Shown here: positions 30,752 to 40,559 of the stretch, in pieces
How positions within the stretch are numbered: the first letter of the stretch is position 1
Layout: each line of letters begins with the position of its first letter
NCBI GenBank assembly: GCA_036339675.1
Contig: JAYZAN010000078.1
Location: forward strand, 1 to 40,559
Direction of reading: 5' to 3'
Source: Nitrospinota bacterium
Lineage (GTDB): Bacteria; Nitrospinota; Nitrospinia; Nitrospinales; VA-1
DNA length: 40,559 nt
The notes under the pieces: generated by a model
What the model was told of the DNA's origin: nothing
Seen by the model: the letters and a program-made list of their open reading frames with translations, nothing else
The model's database searches: none
Made by a program: the position numbers and the translations under genes

Positions 30752-31060
30752 TCAAAGTTTGATTTCAATATCGACGCCCCCCGACAAGTCCAGCTTCATC
30801 AATGCGTCCACCGTTTGCGGGGTCGGCTCGTGGATCTCAAGGATCCGTTTATGGGTTCTAATCTCAAACTGCTCACGGGATTTTTTATCGACGTGAGGAG
30901 AACGGAGAACCGTCCATTTGTTTTTCGCTGTCGGTAGGGGAATCGGGCCAACCACCCTTGCCCCCGTGCGTTTGGTCGTTTCCACAATTTCGCCCACCGA
31001 CCAGTCCAGAAGTTTGTGGTCGTAGGCTTTCAGCTTAATCTTGATTTTCTGTTCGGTCAT
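30752..31060 (-). CDS. rpsJ: 30S ribosomal protein S10
   Basis: [26 protein letters not shown]. Confidence 0.99.
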   Translation of the reverse strand: MTEQKIKIKLKAYDHKLLDWSVGEIVETTKRTGARVVGPIPLPTAKNKWTVLRSPHVDKKSREQFEIRTHKRILEIHEPTPQTVDALMKLDLSGGVDIEIKL

Positions 31061-32250
31061 TATTCTGTGATCTCACTGACGACACCCGCCCCGACGGTGC
31101 GCCCGCCTTCACGAATCGCGAAGCGGAGCTCCTTGGCCATGGCCACCGGAGTGATCAACGAAATTTCCATCGTCACATTATCTCCCGGCATGACCATTTA
31201 CACACCCGAGGGAAGGGTGCATATCCCCGTCACGTCCGTCGTTCTGAAATAAAACTGGGGACGATATCCGTTGAAGAAAGGAGTATGCCGGCCTCCCTCC
31301 TCTTTACTCAATACATAGACCTCGGCCTTGAATTTGGTGTGGGGAGTGATGCTTTTCGGCTTGGCCAGAACCTGACCGCGCTCAATTTCATCCCGCTTGG
31401 TGCCCCGGAGCAGGCAGCCGACGTTGTCCCCGGCTTGACCGTTGTCCAGCAATTTGCGGAACATCTCCACACCTGTCACCGTCGTCTTGGCGGTGGGACG
31501 GAAACCGACGATCTCCACCTCTTCACCCACTTTGATGACCCCTGTTTCCACACGGCCGGTGGCGACCGTGCCGCGCCCGGAAATACTGAAGATATCTTCG
31601 ATGGGCATCAGAAATGGCTTGTCGACGGGACGATCGGGAACGGGAAAATACTCGTCCAGGTTCTGCATCAATTCCCAGATGCATTTGGTTTTTTCCTCGT
31701 CTTCCGGATTTTCCAGAGCCTGAAGAGCGCTTCCACGAATGATAGGGATATCGTCGCCGGGGAATTCGTATTTACTGAGCAGCTCACGGACCTCCAGTTC
31801 CACGAGATCCAGAAGCTCAGGGTCATCGACCATGTCCACTTTATTCATAAAGACAATGATCTTGGGAACACCGACCTGGCGTGCCAGGAGGATGTGCTCA
31901 CGGGTTTGAGGCATCGGCCCGTCCGAAGCACTCAACACCACAACGGCCCCGTCCATCTGCGCTGCACCGGTGATCATATTCTTTACATAGTCCGCGTGAC
32001 CCGGACAATCCACATGCGCATAATGACGATTATCTGTCTTGTATTCCACATGCGCGATGGCGATGGTGATTCCGCGCTCTTTTTCCTCGGGCGCCTTGTC
32101 GATCTCTTCGAAAGCAATACTATCGGCCAACCCCTTTTTTGCAAGAACTTCCGTGATGGCTGCGGTTAGCGTGGTTTTTCCGTGGTCCACATGACCGATG
32201 GTCCCAACGTTCATGTGCGGTTTATCACGAACGAATTTTTCTTTTGCCAT
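31060..32250 (-). pseudogene. tuf: Elongation factor Tu with in-frame TAA at codon 351 (real nonsense mutation or sequence error)
   Basis: [18 protein letters not shown]; TAA at 31198-31200 is followed in the same frame by MVMPGDNV...[13 protein letters not shown]...TE-stop, giving 396 codons. Confidence 0.9.
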
Positions 32251-32309
32251 TCTGGTTCACTCCAAAAATAATTTTCAATATGTTGGTTAATGTATACGTT
32301 TATGTTTAA

Positions 32310-34421
<2,112 letters not shown>

Positions 34422-34530
34422 AATGCCTCTGCACTTAAAATTTTCATCGGGAATGGATATACGCCTTACCCGCTTCGGCCTTTTGATGAATATCTTCTTT
34501 ATTTTTATTCCTTGGCCCCGTTAGGCTTGA

Positions 34531-35001
34531 TCACCACCGATAGTGAGCGAACGCCTTATTGGCTTCGGCCATTCGATGAACGTCTTCTTTCTTTTTGATC
34601 GCTCCCCCGGCATTGTTGAACGCATCCAGAATTTCTCCCGTCAGCTTTTCCACCATGGACCGTCCTGAACGTTCCTTGGCAAACTGGATCATCCATCGGA
34701 TACTCAGAGCGATTCGCCGGCCCTCTTTAACCTCGACCGGAACCTGGTACGTGGCTCCGCCCACTCTCCTGGACCGGACCTCCAAAAGCGGAGCCGTGTT
34801 TTCCACAGCCTTGCGGAATACCTTGATCGGATCCTCTTTGGCCTTGACGGCCACGGCTTCCAGGGCGTCGTAAACGATCCCTTCGGCCACGCTTTTCTTT
34901 CCGCACCTCAGGATATTGTTGATGAACCGGCCCACCAGCACATCGTTGTATTTTGGATCCGGCGTAATTTCTCTTTTCTGCGCTTCTCGTCGTCTAGCCA
35001 T
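34531..35001 (-). CDS. rpsG: 30S ribosomal protein S7
   Basis: [24 protein letters not shown]. Confidence 0.99.
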   Translation of the reverse strand: MARRREAQKREITPDPKYNDVLVGRFINNILRCGKKSVAEGIVYDALEAVAVKAKEDPIKVFRKAVENTAPLLEVRSRRVGGATYQVPVEVKEGRRIALSIRWMIQFAKERSGRSMVEKLTGEILDAFNNAGGAIKKKEDVHRMAEANKAFAHYRW

Positions 35002-35016
35002 TGTTTTTTAATTTTA

Positions 35017-35397
35017 TCACCGGTTTTTTTTAGGCCTTTTGGTCCCATACTTGGACCGGCTCTGCATACGATTTTCCACTCCAAGTGTATCCAGACTTCC
35101 GCGAACCACATGGTAGCGCACGCCGGGAAGATCCTTGACCCGGCCCCCACGAATCATCACGATGGAATGCTCCTGCAAGTTATGCCCCACTCCGGGAATA
35201 TAGGTCGTGACCTCCATCCCGTTGGTCAACCTGACACGCGCGACCTTCCTAAGGGCCGAATTAGGTTTCTTAGGCGTTGAGGTATATACCCGAACACACA
35301 CTCCGCGTTTCTGCGGACAGGATTTTAAGGCCTGGGATTTTGTTTTTTTGACAGGCCGCTCCCGCCCTCTTCTAACTAATTGATTTATTGTTGGCAA
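35017..35397 (-). CDS. rpsL: 30S ribosomal protein S12
   Basis: TTG start then PTINQLVR; [20 protein letters not shown]; G-rich RBS upstream. Confidence 0.98.
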   Translation of the reverse strand: MPTINQLVRRGRERPVKKTKSQALKSCPQKRGVCVRVYTSTPKKPNSALRKVARVRLTNGMEVTTYIPGVGHNLQEHSIVMIRGGRVKDLPGVRYHVVRGSLDTLGVENRMQSRSKYGTKRPKKNR

Positions 35398-35521
35398 AAC
35401 TAAACCCCCCGTCCTATGGCAAGTCATATTTCCGACTACCATAAGACCCAATTAAGGCTTTAAGACTAAAAACGGGATTAAAGACTTAAAATTTAGATAG
35501 TTATAGCGGAAAAAGGTTGTA

Positions 35522-35549
35522 ATTCTACCATTCTCCACGTGGGAGTCAA
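35522..35549 (-). promoter_or_regulatory. Sigma70-type promoter for str operon
   Basis: Minus strand TTGACT-N16-TAGAAT with extended -10 TG. Confidence 0.65.
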
Positions 35550-35577
35550 GATAAAAATACTTCCCTGATTTTTGCTC

Positions 35578-38500
35578 CTAATTTTCTATTGCCACCGGAA
35601 CTTCTTCCTCAGTTTTCTTGTCCTCATCCTCATATTCTGGTTCTTCTATGCGAATGCCGGTGTAGGCCCTGCAGCCGGTTCCGGCCGGAATTAATTTGCC
35701 CATAATGACATTCTCTTTCAACCCGATCAAGTCGTCCCTTTTCCCGCTGACGCTCACTTCGGTCAACACCCGCGTGGTTTCCTGGAAGGAGGCTGCGGAG
35801 ATGAAGCTCTCCGTGCTTAGTGAAGACTTAGTGATTCCCAGAAGAACGGGAATTCCCTTGGCGGGTTTCTTCTTGTTTTTGATCGCTTCCTGATTATGCT
35901 CGTTGAACACTTTTTTGGTGGCTTGCTCTCCCATCAAAAACTCGGTGTCTCCCGGGTCCTCAATGATCAGGTGCCGGAGCATCTGACGCACGATCACTTC
36001 AATATGCTTGTCATGAATGGCCACGCCCTGAAGCCGGTACACTTCCTGGACTTCATTAACGAGGTAATTTTGTAGTTCGTTTTCTCCAAGAACTCGGAGA
36101 ATATCGTGGGGGTTGGAAGCCCCGTCCATCAAAGGTTCGCCGGCGATCACATCGTCCCCTTCATGGACATTGATGTGTTTTCCGCGGGGGATGAGGTATT
36201 CACATTCCTCTCCCGATTCGCTTTCCACGATCACTGTTCTCATTCCCTTGACGAAACCGCCGAACTTGATTTTGCCGGAAATTTCGGTGATGGCGGCCTG
36301 CTCGTGGGGTTTGCGAGCTTCGAACAATTCCGCCACCCTGGGAAGACCTCCGGTAATGTCCTTGGTCTTGGCCGTCTCGCGGGGAATTTTTACGATCAGG
36401 TCACCCGCATTCATGCGGTCGCCTTCATTGACCGCGATATGGGCACCGGCGGGGAGAATATAGCGACGCAGGGTTTCCCCGTTATTGTCCTTGATCGAAA
36501 TGCGCGGTTGTTTCTTTTCGTCACGGTGACTAATGATGACCTTGGTGGACAGGCCGGTGATCTCATCGAAGTCCTCTTTCATGGTCACACCTTCAACAAT
36601 ATCCCCGAACGCAATAGTGCCGGCGACCTCGGTCAAAATGGAGTTGGTATACGGATCCCACTCGATCAGCGTCTGGTTCTTCTGGATTTCCTGCCCGTCG
36701 TTGACTTTGAGTTTCGCCGCGTACACGACCGAATACTTTTCTTTCTCGCGGCCGTTTTCGTCCTGAATCAGAAGAAAACCGTTCCGGTTCATCACGATAA
36801 CTTCACCGCGCTGGTTCTTGAGGGTCCTGAGGCCGGAATATTTTGCGATGCCTCCCTTTTTACTCTGCAGGGTTGTTTGTTCCACCACCCGGCTTGCAGT
36901 TCCCCCAATATGGAAGGTACGCATAGTCAACTGGGTTCCGGGTTCCCCAATGGATTGTGCCGCGATGACTCCCACCGGCTCCCCGATCTCCACCCAGTCC
37001 ATGGTGGTCATATTGCGACCATAACATTTGATGCACAACCCCTGCTTGGATTCGCAGGTGAGGCAGGAACGGATCACAACGGTTTCAATGCCCGCATTCT
37101 CGATCACTTCAATCGCTTTTTCATCGATTATGTCATTGGCCTTCAACAGCACCTCATCGGTGAAAGGATCCACAACGTCTTCCAGGGCCGTTCGCCCGAG
37201 GATTCGCTCGGAAAGTGGCTGGATGATTTCTCCCGCCTCGACCAGGGAGCAGGTACTGACGCCTTTCAGTGTTCCACAATCCTCCTCCTGGATGATGACA
37301 TCCTGGGCCACATCCACCAGGCGGCGGGTCAGATAACCGGAGTTCGCGGTCTTGAGTGCGGTATCGGCCAATCCCTTGCGCGCGCCGTGCGTGGAGATGA
37401 AATACTGGATCACCGAAAGCCCTTCCCGAAAATTGGCGGTGATGGGTGTTTCGATGATTTCGCCGGAAGGCTTGGCCATCAGACCCCGCATCCCCGCAAG
37501 CTGACGCAACTGCTGGGCGCTTCCCCTTGCCCCAGAGTCAGCCATGATGAATATTGAATTGAAATCATTTCTTTCTTGGCCTTTTACTACGCGCTCATCT
37601 TCATCTTCCAGTTGCCGGAACATCTCTTCGGACACCTTTTCTGTCACATGGGCCCAGATATCGATCACCTTGTTGTACCTCTCGCCGTTGGTGATGAGCC
37701 CGTCGCGGTACTGTTTGTACACCCGGAGAACCTCATCGCCCGTTTTTTCGACCAGGGAGTTTTTGGCATTGGGAATTTTCATTTGATCGATGGAGATTGT
37801 CAAACCCGCTTCGGTGGCATATTTAAAACCCAGAGCTTTGACGTCATCCAAAAGGACGACCGTTCTCTCCTGGCCCGCGATCAGGAATGATTTGGAGATC
37901 AGATCCGACAGGGCCTTTTTGTCCATCAGCCGGTTGACCAGCGAGAAAGGCAATTCCGGCGGCAGGACTGACCCGAGCAGAACGCGCCCGGTGGTCGTTT
38001 GTTGCAGCTTGCCATCAATTCGGACCATGACGCGTGCCTGCAAATCCAACTCCTCGGCATCGAAGGCGGAGATCGTTTCTTTGGCACCCGACAGAACCCT
38101 GCCCTCCCCTTTCACTCCGCCGTGGATCTTGGTCATGTAGTAACAACCCAAGACGATATCCTGCGAGGGAACGGCGATAGGTTTGCCGTTCGAGGGAGAG
38201 AGCACATTATTGGAAGCCAGCATCAACAACTTGGCCTCAACACGTGCCTCCATGGAAAGGGGCACATGCACGGCCATCTGATCCCCATCGAAATCCGCAT
38301 TGAAGGCGGTACACACCAGCGGATGCAGCTGTATGGCTTTGCCTTCTATCAGAATCGGCTCGAACGCCTGAATCCCGAGACGGTGCAGGGTCGGCGCTCG
38401 ATTCAATAATACCGGGTGCGATTTCACCACTTCTTCGAGAACCTCCCAGACCTCGGCTCGCTCCTGCTCCACCATTTTTTTAGCAGTTTTGATGGTGGCG

Positions 38501-39684
38501 GCATAACCTTTCTCTTCTAGACGATTAAAAATGAACGGCTTGAACAATTCCAGCGCCATTTTCTTGGGAAGACCGCATTGGTGGAATTTCAATTCGGGTC
38601 CGACGACAATTACGGAACGCCCGGAATAGTCCACGCGTTTTCCCAGGAGGTTCTGACGGAATCGTCCCTGCTTACCCTTAAGCATATCGCTCAATGATTT
38701 CAGAGGCCGCTTGTTGGTGCCCCTGAGGGTTCTTCCGCGGCGTCCGTTGTCAAACAGAGCCGACACCGCTTCCTGAAGCATCCGTTTCTCATTGCGGATG
38801 ATGATTTGCGGGGCCTTCAACTCCTGCAGTCTTTTGAGACGGTTGTTCCTGTTGATCACCCGGCGGTACAGATCATTGAGGTCCGAGGTGGCGAAACGTC
38901 CGCCATCCAGGGGAACCAGGGGACGCAGTTCCGGGGGAATCACCGGGATCACCTGAAGGATCATCCATTCCGGACGGTTCCCCGACTTGCGGAACGACTC
39001 GATGATCTTAAGCCGCTTGGCGAATTTTCTTTTATTCATGACCGACTTGGTGGTCACCATGCCTTCCCGGAGCTTCACTGCCACGGCGTCCAGGTCCAAA
39101 CCTTTCAACAGCTCAAAAACTCCTTCGGCCCCGATCATGGCCTTCAGGGTATCTGCGAATTCCAACTCCGCTTCACGGAATTCTTCTTCGGTCAGCAGTT
39201 GACCAGGTTTGAAATCAGAATCCCCCGGATCGATCACCACGTAGTTTTCAAAATAGATGATCCGCTCCAGGTCTTTAAGGCTGATATCGAGGATATGCCC
39301 GATCCGGCTGGGAAGCCCCTTGAAAAACCAGATGTGGGCGACCGGGCTGGCCAACTCGATATGCCCGAGCCGTTCTCGGCGAACCTTGGAAAGGATGACT
39401 TCCACGCCGCATTTTTCGCAGACAATTCCTTTATGCTTCATCCGCTTGTATTTTCCGCAATTACATTCCCAGTCCTTCACCGGACCAAATATTTTGGCGC
39501 AAAAAAGGCCGTCCCGCTCCGGTTTGAACGTCCTGTAATTGATGGTCTCCGGTTTCTTGACCTCCCCATACGACCACGAACGGATTTTTTCCGGCGATGC
39601 CAGGCGGACCCGGATCGCATCAAACAGAATAGGATTTTTAGGCTTATCAAAAAATGTCAAGCTATCCACCAGGAGTTTCTCCAA
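35578..39684 (-). CDS. rpoC: RNA polymerase beta' subunit
   Basis: NADFDGD, zinc-finger Cys, [22 protein letters not shown]; start is TTG 39684 or GTG 39669 (GGAG 9 nt upstream). Confidence 0.99.
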   Translation of the reverse strand: MEKLLVDSLTFFDKPKNPILFDAIRVRLASPEKIRSWSYGEVKKPETINYRTFKPERDGLFCAKIFGPVKDWECNCGKYKRMKHKGIVCEKCGVEVILSKVRRERLGHIELASPVAHIWFFKGLPSRIGHILDISLKDLERIIYFENYVVIDPGDSDFKPGQLLTEEEFREAELEFADTLKAMIGAEGVFELLKGLDLDAVAVKLREGMVTTKSVMNKRKFAKRLKIIESFRKSGNRPEWMILQVIPVIPPELRPLVPLDGGRFATSDLNDLYRRVINRNNRLKRLQELKAPQIIIRNEKRMLQEAVSALFDNGRRGRTLRGTNKRPLKSLSDMLKGKQGRFRQNLLGKRVDYSGRSVIVVGPELKFHQCGLPKKMALELFKPFIFNRLEEKGYAATIKTAKKMVEQERAEVWEVLEEVVKSHPVLLNRAPTLHRLGIQAFEPILIEGKAIQLHPLVCTAFNADFDGDQMAVHVPLSMEARVEAKLLMLASNNVLSPSNGKPIAVPSQDIVLGCYYMTKIHGGVKGEGRVLSGAKETISAFDAEELDLQARVMVRIDGKLQQTTTGRVLLGSVLPPELPFSLVNRLMDKKALSDLISKSFLIAGQERTVVLLDDVKALGFKYATEAGLTISIDQMKIPNAKNSLVEKTGDEVLRVYKQYRDGLITNGERYNKVIDIWAHVTEKVSEEMFRQLEDEDERVVKGQERNDFNSIFIMADSGARGSAQQLRQLAGMRGLMAKPSGEIIETPITANFREGLSVIQYFISTHGARKGLADTALKTANSGYLTRRLVDVAQDVIIQEEDCGTLKGVSTCSLVEAGEIIQPLSERILGRTALEDVVDPFTDEVLLKANDIIDEKAIEVIENAGIETVVIRSCLTCESKQGLCIKCYGRNMTTMDWVEIGEPVGVIAAQSIGEPGTQLTMRTFHIGGTASRVVEQTTLQSKKGGIAKYSGLRTLKNQRGEVIVMNRNGFLLIQDENGREKEKYSVVYAAKLKVNDGQEIQKNQTLIEWDPYTNSILTEVAGTIAFGDIVEGVTMKEDFDEITGLSTKVIISHRDEKKQPRISIKDNNGETLRRYILPAGAHIAVNEGDRMNAGDLIVKIPRETAKTKDITGGLPRVAELFEARKPHEQAAITEISGKIKFGGFVKGMRTVIVESESGEECEYLIPRGKHINVHEGDDVIAGEPLMDGASNPHDILRVLGENELQNYLVNEVQEVYRLQGVAIHDKHIEVIVRQMLRHLIIEDPGDTEFLMGEQATKKVFNEHNQEAIKNKKKPAKGIPVLLGITKSSLSTESFISAASFQETTRVLTEVSVSGKRDDLIGLKENVIMGKLIPAGTGCRAYTGIRIEEPEYEDEDKKTEEEVPVAIEN

Positions 39685-39731
39685 TTTGAGGGTTGAATAA
39701 CTTTGCTTATCTCTAAACTATAAATTTAGCT

Positions 39732-40262
39732 TCATGACTGTATAAGAAGCCGTTTTTTGATGATTTTTAATAGTAATTTATAAAGGTTTTCGCCTCGATG
39801 ATTGAACCTAATCTCACTTTCTTTAAGATGCAAATAACTTGGCCAATCTCATTTTAGCGATCCCCCGGAAGTTTTTGATTCCGTTGATATGGGACTTGCT
39901 GTTGGCAAATTCATCTCTGCCATGTTGAACCCGATGGTTTTCCCTCCGGCCCCACGGCCTCTTTTTCCTTTGACTCGTCGGGCTCCGAAAAAACTTTCGT
40001 CCACTTCGACTTCACCGGATAAAGGAGATTCGATCGCACATTCTTCAGCAATTCTTTCTCGGATATGGAGCAACTATCTGTTAACCGTATTACGATTTAA
40101 ACGGGTTAATGGTGTGATCTTGGTGGCCTCAATATCCAGTGAAAAACACTTTAAAATTTCCCGAAATTTCCTGGTGGAAATTCGGGAACGTTTCAAAACC
40201 GGGTAACTCTTTGTCAGGACTGGAGCTTAACCTGTTTTCGATGGCTTTAACTAGACATGGAC
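39732..40262 (-). mobile_element. Degraded IS1595-family (IS1016-like) element; transposase pseudogene
   Basis: KFREILKCFSLDIEAT...NRNTVNR*LLHIRERI...GEVEVDESFFG...GKRGRGAGGKT, then deletion or frameshift to NGIKNF and a degraded C-terminus; TAG at 40074-40076; weak terminal inverted repeats (39732-39745 / 40246-40259, 9/14). Confidence 0.85.
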
Positions 40263-40269
40263 CTTAACT

Positions 40270-40412
40270 AAATGGCAAGTTCATGCCGCTCGCCACGGAG
40301 GCAGATGGCTAATAGCTTTTAAGCTTACGATGACCGTTGGGCGCAAATCATAGACGGTGAATATTTCTTGCGGAGGTACTCCGCCTATGAGCAATTTTTA
40401 GAGATTCCCTTA
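40270..40412 (-). mobile_element. Partial MITE-like element with one repeat unit
   Basis: 40302-40347 reverse complement matches 6299-6344 at 44/46; end 40392-40415 matches 6411-6434 at 22/24; GCGGAG-GTA-CTCCGC hairpin at the same 23-nt distance from the core as in the 6.1 kb element. Confidence 0.8.
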
Positions 40413-40490
40413 TTTTTAAGTTTTCCTTCCCGGCGGAATGGTATACATTAAATCCATACCGACTTTAAAAATTTTCATTTAAAAATCATC

Positions 40491-40559
40491 ATGGGCGAAG
40501 AATTGCGCAGACGGTTTTCGCTGGACAAGGCGAATATAGACCCCAGTCTGAAAAACAGG
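40491..40559 (+). CDS. Possible start of a divergently oriented gene running off the window
   Basis: ATG followed by 23 open codons MGEELRRRFSLDKANIDPSLKNR; no family recognised. Confidence 0.25.
   Translation, partial: MGEELRRRFSLDKANIDPSLKNR

Noticed and set aside
31016-31252. Programmed frameshift or split gene in tuf
   Set aside because: The downstream part is in the same frame; a single stop codon explains it
36360-36900. Large insertion in the RpoC trigger loop between TFHIGG and DITGGLP
   Set aside because: Corresponds to the known SI3/beta'i6 lineage-specific domain, not the repeat family
36106-37557. Long antisense ORFs over rpoC (similar ones over murA, tuf, rplB, rho)
   Set aside because: Antisense shadows of conserved genes with no recognisable motifs

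Overview
Bacterial chromosomal window made mostly of core genes. The gene order and protein style suggest a Gram-negative lineage such as Nitrospinota, but this is a guess. From 16.4 to 39.7 kb (minus strand) lies rpoC-rpsL-rpsG-fusA-tuf plus the S10/spc/alpha ribosomal clusters. In that block rpmD and map are missing, tuf has an in-frame TAA, and rpoB is not directly upstream of rpoC, where an IS1595-family remnant sits instead. From 3.6 to 10.3 kb (minus) lies rho-rpmE-prfA-prmC-murA-waaF-like. Between these blocks is a plus-strand block: DnaE2-like polymerase, PflX-like radical SAM, cupin and YkgJ. The first 3.5 kb holds small envelope and unknown-function genes. The main unexplained signal is a dispersed modular repeat family with core TYGCGCYCAA-N27/28-GCCA...CGGCGAG, of which ten units were found. 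It occurs intergenically with MITE-like ends (6.1-6.4 kb, 40.3-40.4 kb), as a diverged unit at 8.7 kb, and as fragments at 10.57 and 16.3 kb. It also appears at four sites in the DnaE2-like gene (three in-frame insertions and the C-terminus), read in different frames and on both strands. Two of the intragenic copies form an 89-bp, 93%-identical inverted repeat bracketing the palm motif PDIDIDF.
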